Source of the DNA: Gemmatimonadota bacterium | GTDB lineage: Bacteria > Gemmatimonadota > Gemmatimonadetes > Longimicrobiales > RSA9 | DNA length: 23,605 nucleotides | Assembly: GCA_040905425.1 (NCBI GenBank) | Contig: JBBDRO010000069.1 | Location: forward strand, 1-23,605 | Direction of reading: 5' to 3' | Shown here: in pieces, positions 1 to 8,733 of the stretch | Layout: every line of letters starts with the position of its first letter | Numbering within the stretch: the first letter of the stretch is position 1 | Notes under the pieces: model-generated | What the model saw: the letters and a program-made list of their open reading frames with translations, nothing else | What the model was told of the DNA's origin: nothing | Database searches by the model: none | Translations under genes and position numbers: made by a program

Positions 1-318
1 CTCAAGGAGAGCTTCCTCGACGTCTTCACCACTCGGAGCCGCACAACCGCCGAACGGCACCTCCGCGACTGGCTCAGCTGGGCCTGCCGCTCGCGACTCC
101 GACCCTTCGTTCGCCTCAGCCGAACCGTACGCAAGCACTTCGACGGGATCCTCGCCTTCATCGACTCAGGGCTCACCAATGCCCGCCTCGAGGGAATGAA
201 CAACAAGATCCGACTCCTCAGCCATCGGGCCTTCGGCTTCCACTCGGCCGATCCCCTCATCGCAACCATCTATCTCTGCTGCGCTGGAATAGAGCTTCCC
301 CAGCTACAGCTGATTTAG
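1..318 (+). CDS. ISL3-family transposase, C-terminal part (5' end outside window)
   Basis: Not in the ORF track. Frame 1 translates openly as LKESFLDVF...WLSWACRSRLRPFVRLSRTVRKHFDGILAFIDSGLTNARLEGMNNKIRLLSHRAFGFHSADPLIATIYLCCAGIELPQLQLI* (TAG 316-318). 'TNARLEGMNNKIR...RAFGF' is the characteristic C-terminal catalytic-Glu region of ISL3 DDE transposases. Codon usage (many CGA) differs from the host genes. Confidence 0.93.
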   Translation, partial: LKESFLDVFTTRSRTTAERHLRDWLSWACRSRLRPFVRLSRTVRKHFDGILAFIDSGLTNARLEGMNNKIRLLSHRAFGFHSADPLIATIYLCCAGIELPQLQLI

Positions 319-325
319 GAGAACC
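1..325 (+). mobile_element. ISL3-family insertion sequence, right end
   Basis: The transposase stop is followed by gagaacc ending at 325. The reverse complement GGTTCTCCTAAATCAG matches the GG(C/T)TCT start typical of ISL3 terminal inverted repeats. The left IR is not in the window. Confidence 0.8.
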
Positions 326-880
326 CTGCTGATTACGGGCCTCGGTCTGGGCGCGGTCGCGGCGGGCGCCGGCGTCTACGAGGCCATCCTGGCGGTGCTG
401 GTCCTGGTCGGCTTCAGTGCCGCGGGTGCCGGCATGGGGCGCCTGAACCACGTGCCGGTGCTCCGGGCGCTGGTGCGCTGGAGCCACCGCCTGAAGCTGT
501 TCTACTACTACAACGACCCCGGCACGCCCCTGGAGCTGCTCATCCGGCCGCTCACCGGACCGGTGCTGGCGCCCTTCCGCCGTCGCGCGCGGGCGGAGGT
601 GCGCATCTATCTGCAGATCGGCGCCGTCTTCACGCTGGTCTTCCTGCTCCTGGACCTGCTGGAAGCCGTGGTGGCCGACGGCGCGGGAGCGCTCGGGCCG
701 CGCGGTCTGATCCGCCTGTGGATCAGGGAGGCGAGCGTCACCTTCGTGGTCATCTACGCGTTCGCCACGCCCATCGGTGCCGTGCTCACCCGCAATCTCC
801 TGTTGCAGCGGACGCACCGCGTGCCGCGCGTCCTGGCCGGCCTGGTGGTGGCCGCGGTGGTGGTGGGGCTCCTGCCCTGA
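326..880 (+). pseudogene. Multi-pass membrane protein of unknown function, 5'-truncated by the IS
   Basis: The frame of ORF 395..880 extends back with host-like hydrophobic codons to the IS end (326: LLITGLGLGAVAAGAGVYEAILAV...). It is closed by TGA at 311 inside the IS, with no obvious RBS or ATG. Several hydrophobic segments are present. Confidence 0.65.
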
Positions 881-893
881 TCCGGTCCGGGCA

Positions 894-1052
894 TCAGCGC
901 ATGCGTGTGGCGGTGTAGCGGCGCTGGTGCGAGAGCCGGCGCAGCCGGCCCGAGATGTCCACCACGCCAGGGCGGCGGGGGGCATCGGTGCGCGCCGCGA
1001 GCGGCTTGCGGGTGTCGGGCTCGGCTGCGCCGCGCTCGGTCTGGTGCTTCAT
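894..1052 (-). CDS. Small basic hypothetical protein (52 aa)
   Basis: MKHQTERGAAEPDTRKPLAARTDAPRRPGVVDISGRLRRLSHQRRYTATRMR. The ATG is preceded by a strong SD (GGAGG-AAACC-ATG) and the ORF fills an otherwise empty interval. Confidence 0.5.
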   Translation of the reverse strand: MKHQTERGAAEPDTRKPLAARTDAPRRPGVVDISGRLRRLSHQRRYTATRMR

Positions 1053-1226
1053 GGTTTCCTCCGCATCTATGTGAATCACGCCCGCCGGAGCGGGCAGGCC
1101 ATACCGCTCGTGCGGCTTCGGCTCGATGCACTGATACTCGCGGGGAACAATGGCGCGGGGTACCGGCAGGAAGGCGGGTCCGGGCGTGCCGGAGGAAGGG
1201 GGGCAGCCGGATCCAAGGGAGGGTGC

Positions 1227-1250
1227 CACCCCCGACCAAAGTAGGGGGTG
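1227..1250. promoter_or_regulatory. Imperfect palindrome (operator or terminator-like hairpin)
   Basis: caccccc-g-ac-caaa-gt-a-gggggtg has 7-bp perfect outer arms and lies 12 bp past the response regulator stop. There is no U-tract on either strand. Confidence 0.4.
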
Positions 1251-1262
1251 CGGGCCGGACGG

Positions 1263-1901
1263 TCAGTCCGGCGCTTCCGCCTCGCGCGCTAGCAGCGCGG
1301 CCTGCGTGCGGCTGTCCACACCGAGCTTGGCCAGGATGGCGCTTACGTGGCCCTTCACGGTGGGCAGGCTGAGGGAGAGATCCCGTGCCACCGCCTTGTT
1401 GCTGTGCCCCTCGGCGAGCAGCCGGAGCACGTCCCGCTCCCGTTCCGTGAGGACGTCCAGCGGCGAGCCCTGCGGCCCGGCCACCTGGCGCATGAGCTGC
1501 GCCTGCGCCTCCGGATGCAGCGTGGGCCGGCCCAGGGCGGCGGCTCGGATGGCGGCCAACAGGTCATCACGCCCCACGTCCTTGAGCAGGTAGCCCAACA
1601 CGCCGGCCTCCACCGCCGCGCGCACCCGCGCCTGGTCCACGAAGGTGGTGAGGATGACCACCGCGGTGGGTAAGCCCTCGGCACGCATGCGCCGGGTGGC
1701 CTCGATGCCGTCCAGCTCCGGCATCACCAGGTCCAGGAGCGCCACATCCGGTCGTAGCTCCCGCGCCAGTTCGAGCGCCTCCGCTCCGTCCGCCGCCTGC
1801 CCCACGACCTGGATACCCGGCGCCTCGCCGAGCAGGAGCCGCAGGCCCTCGCGGACCACCCCGTGATCGTCGGCAATGAGTACGCTGGTGATGACGTTCA
1901 T
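1263..1901 (-). CDS. NarL/LuxR-family DNA-binding response regulator
   Basis: Receiver domain (IADDH, LLDLVMP, LTTF, GYLLK) plus LuxR HTH ([44 protein letters not shown]). Its start overlaps the kinase stop (ATGA). Confidence 0.96.
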   Translation of the reverse strand: MNVITSVLIADDHGVVREGLRLLLGEAPGIQVVGQAADGAEALELARELRPDVALLDLVMPELDGIEATRRMRAEGLPTAVVILTTFVDQARVRAAVEAGVLGYLLKDVGRDDLLAAIRAAALGRPTLHPEAQAQLMRQVAGPQGSPLDVLTERERDVLRLLAEGHSNKAVARDLSLSLPTVKGHVSAILAKLGVDSRTQAALLAREAEAPD

Positions 1902-3700
1902 ACTGCACTCCGTCCCGCTGGAATCCTGGCGTGGACCACCGTGCCCCGGCCGCCCGTGCTGCGCAGCTGTAACGTGCCCCCGATCTCGGCCGCCCGCTCG
2001 TTCATGTTGCGGAGCCCGAAGCCGCTGCCCCCCGCCGTGGTGATACCCTCCCCGTCATCGGCCACCGTGAGGCGCACGGCGCCGTTGCCGGTCACGCGCA
2101 ACCGCACCCGCGCGCGCCCCGCCTTGGCGTGCTTGACGGCGTTGTGCAGCGCCTCCTGGGTGATGCGCAGGAGGGCGTGCTCGGTTTCGTAGGCCTGGCG
2201 GACGTACCCGGCGCTGTCCACGCGCACCTTCATGCCGCCCAGCACCGCCTCCGCCACCCACTCGCGCACCATGGCCGGCAGCCCCTCGCGCCGCAGCCGC
2301 GCCGCCGCCACGCCCACCTGGGAGGGCATGTCCCGGTGCACGGGCCGCGGCGGGGCCACCTCGGCGTCGGCGGGCCGCAGCTCGGCCAGCAGCTCGCGCA
2401 TCTCGTCCAGCGCCAGGCGGCTCTGCTCCATGATGGTGGCCGCGCGGCGCTCCGCCTCGTCGGGATCCCGCCGCGCCGCCTCGCCGAGCGTCTGCGCCAG
2501 CAGCGTCACCCCGAAGAGGTGCTGGGTCACGCTGTCGTGGAGTTCGCGCGCCAGGCGCTGCCGCTCCTCCAGGACCGCCGCCACCTGGACGCGCTCGTAG
2601 AGGCGGGCGTTCTCGATGGCCACCGCGAGCTGGTCCGCCACGATGCCCAGCCCTGCGGCGTCCTCCTCCGCGAGCGGCTCGTTGCTCTCCACGTTGAGCA
2701 CGCCCAGCAGGCGCTCGCCCACCATGATCGGCACGGCCAGCTCCGCCACGATGTCAGGCAGTCCCGGGGTGGGCACGAAGCGCGGATCGGCGCGCACGTC
2801 GTTGACCAGCACCACCTCCCGCGCACGTGCGGCGGCCCCGGTGATGCCGGCCCCGAAGGGGATACGAAGGATGAAAGGCGACGTCGCCTCATCCCCCTTC
2901 TTCCACTCCAGCCGGAATCCCGCTCCCGTCAGCGCCGTGGCATCCCCCACCCCCTCCAGGATGTCCCCCTGCCGGCCGGCCGCCGCCCGCATGACCAGTA
3001 CCTCGGGCTCGTCCTCCAGCAGCGGGATGGCCACGTTGGGATAACCGAGCACCTCGTGGATGGCGTCGCAGGCCGCCTGCAGGAGCTCATCCACGCGCCG
3101 CTCGGCCGTGACCATGCGGCCCACGCGCGCGATGAGCTCCAGGCGCTCGGTGCGGCGCTGCTCGCGTTTGTAGCGGCGCGCGTTGGCAATGGCCACCGCG
3201 GCGTGGCGGGCAAAGGAGCGCAGCGTGTCCACGTCCTCCGCGCCGATGGCCCGGGGCGCACCGTCCCGCGGTTTGAAGCCCAGCCCGATGAAGCCGATCA
3301 CCTGCCCCTGCCACTCGATGGGCAGGCCCAGCACACGGTCCTGCAGCATCTCGCCCCACCCCGGGCGGATGCCGGTGTCCGCGTAGCTGTCCAGGATGAC
3401 CGGCTGGCCCGCCTCCAGCACGCGCCCGCCCAGTCCCGAGCCGCGCGGCATCTCGGAGCCCAGCTCCTCGGGCGGCATGTTGTGCGCGGCCTCGGTGCGC
3501 ACGCGCTGGCCACTGGGGTCCGCAAGCCCGATGCTGCCGCGATCCGCGCCGATCAGCTCGCAGGCGTAGATGAGGATGCGGGTCAGGAGAGGCCGCAGCT
3601 CGAGCTCCGAGCTGATGGCCTCCACGAACGCCAGCAGGCTCTCGCGCTGTTCCAGCAGGCTGGCGGTGCCGGGCGGTGGGAGGCCCTGGCCGTGCGTCAA
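1898..3700 (-). CDS. Soluble dual-GAF sensor histidine kinase (HisKA_3/NarX-DesK type)
   Basis: Two GAF-like repeats each end in AVAI(A/E)NAR. Kinase motifs: H-box [16 protein letters not shown]-box [16 protein letters not shown] and GFGLRNM. The likely true start is TTG at 3700, overlapping the upstream TGA (TTGA). The longer ORF-track N-terminus overlaps the M14 gene. Confidence 0.92.
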   Translation of the reverse strand: MTHGQGLPPPGTASLLEQRESLLAFVEAISSELELRPLLTRILIYACELIGADRGSIGLADPSGQRVRTEAAHNMPPEELGSEMPRGSGLGGRVLEAGQPVILDSYADTGIRPGWGEMLQDRVLGLPIEWQGQVIGFIGLGFKPRDGAPRAIGAEDVDTLRSFARHAAVAIANARRYKREQRRTERLELIARVGRMVTAERRVDELLQAACDAIHEVLGYPNVAIPLLEDEPEVLVMRAAAGRQGDILEGVGDATALTGAGFRLEWKKGDEATSPFILRIPFGAGITGAAARAREVVLVNDVRADPRFVPTPGLPDIVAELAVPIMVGERLLGVLNVESNEPLAEEDAAGLGIVADQLAVAIENARLYERVQVAAVLEERQRLARELHDSVTQHLFGVTLLAQTLGEAARRDPDEAERRAATIMEQSRLALDEMRELLAELRPADAEVAPPRPVHRDMPSQVGVAAARLRREGLPAMVREWVAEAVLGGMKVRVDSAGYVRQAYETEHALLRITQEALHNAVKHAKAGRARVRLRVTGNGAVRLTVADDGEGITTAGGSGFGLRNMNERAAEIGGTLQLRSTGGRGTVVHARIPAGRSAV

Positions 3701-6282
3701 GGCGTGCCCGGCACCGAGAAGTGGCGGCCGAAGAGGATGGCGTTCAGCAGCAGCCGGTTCGTGCCGGTCCAGTAGCCGCGGAAGTTCACGTTGTCGACGA
3801 GCAGCACCACGCTGCCGCGGCCGAAGCCGTCCACGAGCGCGGAGGGTGAGTTGCGCAGCCGCTCCAGATTGCGCGCCGAGATGTAGCCGCTCAGGTGCGG
3901 GTCGGCGGTAAGCTGCACCACCGTGCTGTAGGGGTTGGCGCTCGGCTCGAAGAAGATGGCGTGGTCCCGCCAGACGGGCAGGGTGCGGCGCTGGTAGCCG
4001 TAGGCCAGCGGGTGGGTCACGTCCACGTCCGCCCGCCAGATGGAGCCGCCGATGGCCTGGGCGCCGCGGATCTCGTCCGCGTCCGCCCAGTCGCGGCGCT
4101 CGGCGGGAGCCTCCTCCTCCTCCTGGAAGGTACGCAGCCGGCTGTTGGGCGCGAACCCGTTGGCCACGGCCCACGTGGCGGCCGTACGCTGCGCGATCAG
4201 CGTGCCGCCGCCCCGCACCCAGGCCTTCAGCTCCTCCAGGCGCGAACCCGACAGGAAAGCGTAGCTGCCCGACGGCAGGATGATGACATCGTAGCGGTTG
4301 AAGTCCACGCGGCCCGCGTCCCCCGGATCCACCTTGGTCATGGGCAGCGCGAACTTGGTGTCCAGCAGGTGCCAGATCTGGCCGGCTTCGTAGGCGCTGA
4401 TCCCCGGGCCGTGGAAGGTCAGCACGCGGGGCTCGGTGAGCGGGCGCATGTTGCGGCTGCCCAGATCCACGCCCGCGGCGGCGTAGCCGGTGCCGGTGCT
4501 CTGGAAGCGCACCCCCGCGTCGCGCGCCGCGGCCTCCACGAGCCCGTGCAATTCGTCGGGCGCGATGCCGCGCTGCACCTGCACCGGGATCGAGATGCTG
4601 CCGCGCGGATAGTCGTACGCCCCCTCGTTGGTCCGGCTCGTGAACGGCTCGAAGGCCACCTCCGCGTGCACGCCCCGCGACAGCAGGTAGTAGAGGGCGC
4701 GCGGCGCGAAGTAGTCCCGCCAGTCGAGCAGGTAGGCGTAGTCGGCCCGCGGCACGCTGCCCACGACGGGGGCGGGCACGGCCGTCACCGGCGCGCCCAG
4801 CTCGAAGTCGGTGGTGCGCACCTCCGCGTCCGGCATGTCGTACGCCAGGCTGATCGTCCAGGTGGAGGCGTCGTAGAAGGCGCTGTCCGCGTACTCGCTC
4901 GTGCGCTCGAAGATCGAGCGCACCATGCGGTACTTCGGCTGCTCGGTCGGCACGATCCAGGCGGAGCCGGGCGCAAAGGTCCGCCCGTCGTAGGTGACCT
5001 GGCGCGGCACCTCGAAGACCTCCAGGCGGTGGCGCAGCAGCAGCTCCAGGAAGAGGCGGTTCTTTGCCGCGTCCTCCGGATCACCGAAGACGTACGCCTG
5101 AACGGGAAACGCCTCGGCCTCATCGAGCGCTGTGGTGAAAAACTCGCGCTGGTACTCGAGGAGGTTCACCCGCTGCTCGTTGGCGGCGCGCACCGCCGCC
5201 AGCCCGGTGCGCAGCTGGTTGCGGATGGTGAACGCAAAGGTCAGCAGCCCGTGGTGCGGACTCTCCTGCACGTGCCCGCGCGCGCTCGCCTGCTCGAAGG
5301 TGATGGCGTAAGCGCCCAGGAACTTGGGGTAGGTGGAGCCGTACCCGGGGTAGGTGTTGTCGTACGCCTCCTTCGTGAAGTAGAGCGAACCGAGCGAGTC
5401 CAGCGCGGCCGCGTAGTAGGCGGCAAAGTCCTCCGTGATGCCGGTGTACATGCGCTCGGGGATGAGCGGGTTCCAGCTGGCGACGGGCTCGCTCGGCTCG
5501 AAGTAGTACGTGCTGGTGGTGCCCATCTCGTGGTAGTCCGTGACCACGTTCGGCAGCCAGCGGTGATGGAAGTCGATGCGCGCCACGCTCTCCGGGTTCT
5601 CCAGCGGCAGCCAGTCCCGGTTCAGGTCGAACCAGTAGTGATTCGTCCGCCCGCCCGGCCAGGCCCCGTTGTGCTCGCGGTCCAGGGGGTCCGCCACGAA
5701 GGGCGTGGCCTTGTTCATGTTGGCCCAGTGGGTGTGGCGGTCCCGGCCGTCCGGGTTGAGCGCCGGCTCGATGTGGTAGACGCCCCCCTCCAGGTAGCGC
5801 TCCACCTCCGGGGTGCGCGCGGCCACCAGCCAGTAGGCCGTGAGCAGCGCCGCTTCGCTGGAGGAGGTCTCGTTGCCGTGCACGCCATAGCCCAGGTGGA
5901 CGATCACCGGCCGGTCCGCCGCGGGGACCGCCGGCTGCGCCGGATCGGCGGCGCGCAGGTGCCGCTGCCGGATCTCCTCCAGGCGCGCGTGGTTGGCCGG
6001 CGAGGTCACCGTGAGCACCGGCATCACGCGCTCCCCGTACGTGCGCCCGATCTCCTGGTAGGTGGCGCGCGCGGAGACGCGCGCCAGCTCCCGCACATAG
6101 GCCACGATCTGATCGTGCCGCGTGTGATGCGTGCCGATGTCGTAGCCCAGGAACGCCGCCGGCGTGGGCACGGCCGGATCGAAATCCTGGCCCGGGGGAA
6201 AGAAATAGTCGCTCTGCGCCGCGCCGGCCGCGGGGGCCAGGAGGAGCAGCGTGCAGACGCTCAGCAGTCGAATCGTAGTCAT
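3697..6282 (-). CDS. Secreted M14-family zinc carboxypeptidase with C-terminal class I GATase-like domain
   Basis: Signal peptide MTTIRLLSVCTLLLLAPAAGAAQ from ATG 6282. M14 motifs: HGNE (HxxE), NPDGR, GRTNHYWFDLNRDW, DYHEM. The C-terminal YDVIILPSG...LKAWVRGGGTLIA is GATase-like. Confidence 0.9.
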   Translation of the reverse strand: MTTIRLLSVCTLLLLAPAAGAAQSDYFFPPGQDFDPAVPTPAAFLGYDIGTHHTRHDQIVAYVRELARVSARATYQEIGRTYGERVMPVLTVTSPANHARLEEIRQRHLRAADPAQPAVPAADRPVIVHLGYGVHGNETSSSEAALLTAYWLVAARTPEVERYLEGGVYHIEPALNPDGRDRHTHWANMNKATPFVADPLDREHNGAWPGGRTNHYWFDLNRDWLPLENPESVARIDFHHRWLPNVVTDYHEMGTTSTYYFEPSEPVASWNPLIPERMYTGITEDFAAYYAAALDSLGSLYFTKEAYDNTYPGYGSTYPKFLGAYAITFEQASARGHVQESPHHGLLTFAFTIRNQLRTGLAAVRAANEQRVNLLEYQREFFTTALDEAEAFPVQAYVFGDPEDAAKNRLFLELLLRHRLEVFEVPRQVTYDGRTFAPGSAWIVPTEQPKYRMVRSIFERTSEYADSAFYDASTWTISLAYDMPDAEVRTTDFELGAPVTAVPAPVVGSVPRADYAYLLDWRDYFAPRALYYLLSRGVHAEVAFEPFTSRTNEGAYDYPRGSISIPVQVQRGIAPDELHGLVEAAARDAGVRFQSTGTGYAAAGVDLGSRNMRPLTEPRVLTFHGPGISAYEAGQIWHLLDTKFALPMTKVDPGDAGRVDFNRYDVIILPSGSYAFLSGSRLEELKAWVRGGGTLIAQRTAATWAVANGFAPNSRLRTFQEEEEAPAERRDWADADEIRGAQAIGGSIWRADVDVTHPLAYGYQRRTLPVWRDHAIFFEPSANPYSTVVQLTADPHLSGYISARNLERLRNSPSALVDGFGRGSVVLLVDNVNFRGYWTGTNRLLLNAILFGRHFSVPGTP

Positions 6283-6355
6283 CTCAGCACAGGGGCGGGT
6301 TCCAAGCGACGAGGCACAATCACGTGACACGCGCGGTCCGGCATCCACGCGGATG

Positions 6356-8068
6356 CTACTTCATGGCGTTGAAGGCGTCCAGCACCTCGAGCAGGCTGGA
6401 GCTGGTGAACGTCACCTCGCCGTCGCCGGTCCGGCGGGCGCCGGGGAAGAGCGGCCGCTCCTCGCGCACCCTGAGCACCATGGTGTAGGGCGCGGTGAGC
6501 GCGTACGGCCGGGCGTCGGCCCGCTCGCGGATGGCGGCTTCCACGCCGGCGCGGATGGCGGCGCGCGCCGCGGCCGGAGACATGCCGAGCGCCGCGTCCG
6601 CGATCTCCCGCTTGACGGCCACGCCGCCGATCGGCCCCACGAGCTCGCGCAGCTGATCCACGATGGCGCGATCGCCCGCCACGAACACCACGGGCACGCC
6701 GTAGAGCCCGGCCACCAGGGCGTTGTAGCCGCCCTCCGGCAGCGAGACGCCATTGATGGAAAAGTCGAGCACGTTGCCAGTTGAGGTGTGCTCGAGGATG
6801 GCGTTCGGCGTGCCCGCACGGGCGTGGTAGCCGATGAACACCACGGCGTCGAAGGTGGAGTCCACGGCCTCCATCATGTTCTTGGGGCCCGTGCTCTGCC
6901 CGCGCAGCAGATGGGCGCTCGGATGCACGTCGCCGGGCAGCAGGTTGGTCTTGGCCCCGTGGGAATCCCGCACCAGGATGTAGGAGGCGTCCGCCGCGAG
7001 CGCGCCCTCGACGGCCGCGTTCGTCTCGCCGGCCATGAGCGTGCGGAAGTGTTCGTAGTCGCGGCCGGACGCGCTCACGTCACTGCTCCCCACCACGCCG
7101 GCCAGCCCCTCCATGTCCACGGAGATGAAGACCCGCGGCCCCTCCTGCCCGGCCCGCGTGCCTGCGGAGGCGGAAGCACCTATTGCATCCGGGTCGGGGC
7201 GCGCGGACACGAGCGCCAGCCGGTCCCCCGCGGGGCTCAGGGCCAGCCGGCTGACGTCCTGGAGCCTCGGATCGGCAAAGGTCACGACCTCCCGCCAGTC
7301 GCCCCTCCCCGACCATTCGTAGAGCGTGGCGCCGCGCGCAGCCAGCACCGTGCCGCGCGGCGTCCACGTGTAGTTGGCCACCCCCTCCAGCATGGGCACG
7401 AGCGGCGTGCTCCGCCGGCTGTCCACGTCCAGCCGGGTAAGCCAGCGCTGGCCGTCCCCCGCGCGGCTGAGGTAGCTCACGGCGCGCTGGCGGGGGATGG
7501 TGCGCGGCGCCGAGCCGCCCATGTCCCGGCCCACGCGGGTGGTGTCCCCCGTCTGCGTGTCGTTGAGCATGAAGGACTGGATGGAGTCGTTGATGAAGAG
7601 CGCCAGGGTGCGCTCGTCCACGAAGGTGTAGTAGCCCACGCGCGGCACGCTGCCGCGCGCCTCCTCCAGCGGCCGGCCGTCGGGCGTGAACCACCAGAGC
7701 GCGCCGGTGGACATGTCCGTGGGCCAGCGCACCACCATCAGCCGCTCGCCACCGAGCGGCAGCGTGGGGCTGTACTCGTTCTCCGGCGTATTCGTGAGCC
7801 GCGTGGAGGCGCCGGAGGCGATGTCGAAGCGGAAGATGTCCGTCTGACCGTCCCGCTCCGAGGCGTAGAGGAAGGCGCTGCCATCGGGCAGGAACCAGGG
7901 CTGATTGTCGTAGCCGTCCCGGTCGGTGGCGGGTAGCGGCGCGGTCACGTGCGTCCGGCCGTCGCGCAGCATCACGTCGGCCAGGAAGATGTCGGTGGCC
8001 GCCTGGGCGTGCAGGAGCGGCGGCGCTCCCAGGAGGACGACGGCCAGAACGGCTAGGGGCTTGTGCAT
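6356..8068 (-). CDS. Secreted fusion: TolB/PD40-like beta-propeller + M55 (DppA-type) D-aminopeptidase
   Basis: Signal peptide, then PD40-like repeats (GYDNQPWFLPDG...SERDGQTDIF, NEYSPT, SRLALSPAGDRLA), an Ala/Gly/Pro linker, then M55 motifs VFISVDMEG, RDSHG, IGYHARAG, LEHT, LPEG. Confidence 0.88.
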   Translation of the reverse strand: MHKPLAVLAVVLLGAPPLLHAQAATDIFLADVMLRDGRTHVTAPLPATDRDGYDNQPWFLPDGSAFLYASERDGQTDIFRFDIASGASTRLTNTPENEYSPTLPLGGERLMVVRWPTDMSTGALWWFTPDGRPLEEARGSVPRVGYYTFVDERTLALFINDSIQSFMLNDTQTGDTTRVGRDMGGSAPRTIPRQRAVSYLSRAGDGQRWLTRLDVDSRRSTPLVPMLEGVANYTWTPRGTVLAARGATLYEWSGRGDWREVVTFADPRLQDVSRLALSPAGDRLALVSARPDPDAIGASASAGTRAGQEGPRVFISVDMEGLAGVVGSSDVSASGRDYEHFRTLMAGETNAAVEGALAADASYILVRDSHGAKTNLLPGDVHPSAHLLRGQSTGPKNMMEAVDSTFDAVVFIGYHARAGTPNAILEHTSTGNVLDFSINGVSLPEGGYNALVAGLYGVPVVFVAGDRAIVDQLRELVGPIGGVAVKREIADAALGMSPAAARAAIRAGVEAAIRERADARPYALTAPYTMVLRVREERPLFPGARRTGDGEVTFTSSSLLEVLDAFNAMK

Positions 8069-8111
8069 GGCGTAGCGACTCCGGGAAGCTGGTGAGATGG
8101 CTGGCGGCCGT

Positions 8112-8302
8112 TCAGCCGGCGCAGGTGGCCGCCAGGGCGCGATCGCAAGTCTGAATCCGCTCGACGCCGCGGCGCTGGCAACACGCCAGGTGGAGCAGAT
8201 CGCGCGCGCCCAGCCCCGGGTGGGTGTACGTCAGCCCGCGGGCCAGACCGAGCCGATCTGCCCCCGCGCCAGGCTCAGCGCCGCGTCCAGCGTCTCCAGT
8301 CC
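8112..8302 (-). pseudogene. vapC: Degenerate vapC/PIN-domain toxin fragment
   Basis: One frame gives GLETLDAALSLARGQIGSVWP. A shifted frame continues LARGLTYTHPGLGARDLLHLACCQRRGVERIQTCDRALAA*, resembling the C-terminal half of VapC PIN proteins (ARD..HLA...I.TFD..L). The N-terminal half is absent. Confidence 0.7.
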
Positions 8303-8325
8303 ACCCTGATCCGGCCAGATCCGCT

Positions 8326-8694
8326 TCAGACCGGCTCCTCACCCGTGATGGTCAACAGCATGGCGGTCTCCTCCAGCGCGCGGATGTCCCGGGCGTGCCC
8401 CGGCCCGAAGAAGAGGAGCTGGCCGGCGCCGAGTTCGAAGACCTCCTCGCCGACGCGGTAGCGCAACCCACCCTCCAGGACCTGGAGCGTCATGGGCGCC
8501 ACGGCATGGTGGGTCTCCACGTCGGAGCCTTTGGCCAGCACGGTGAGCGTGAGGCGGAAGACGCCCTCCTTGACCAGCGTCCGGCCGGAGCGGCCGCTCC
8601 GCCCGTAGTTCTCGTCACGCCGCAGCTCGTCCACGAGGTCGGCAAGATGGAAGGTGAGGTGCTCACCGGTGAGCGCGCGGCTCATGGGGCTCAT
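8326..8694 (-). CDS. Cupin-domain protein
   Basis: Cupin pattern ETHHAVAPMTLQVLEG...ELGAGQLLFFGPGHARDIRALEETAMLL, with SD GGAGG before the ATG. Confidence 0.85.
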   Translation of the reverse strand: MSPMSRALTGEHLTFHLADLVDELRRDENYGRSGRSGRTLVKEGVFRLTLTVLAKGSDVETHHAVAPMTLQVLEGGLRYRVGEEVFELGAGQLLFFGPGHARDIRALEETAMLLTITGEEPV

Positions 8695-8733
8695 GCTGCC
8701 TCCTGGGGTGGTTGGCTGACGGATCGTGGCCGG

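Noticed and set aside
3701..4174. Arg-rich N-terminal extension of the histidine kinase in the ORF track
   Set aside because: Overlaps the M14 coding region in another frame. The TTG at 3700 coupled to the M14 stop is a better start.
3895..6327. 810-aa plus-strand ORF (also 2129..3775, 6788..7936, 8224..9447, 13510..14775, 20134..21090)
   Set aside because: Stop-poor antisense frames of well-supported genes, expected at this GC content. No recognisable motifs.
8112..8342. 76-aa ORF as an intact small gene
   Set aside because: Only its C-terminal half is PIN-like and the upstream PIN-like part lies in another frame, so it is treated as a pseudogene.
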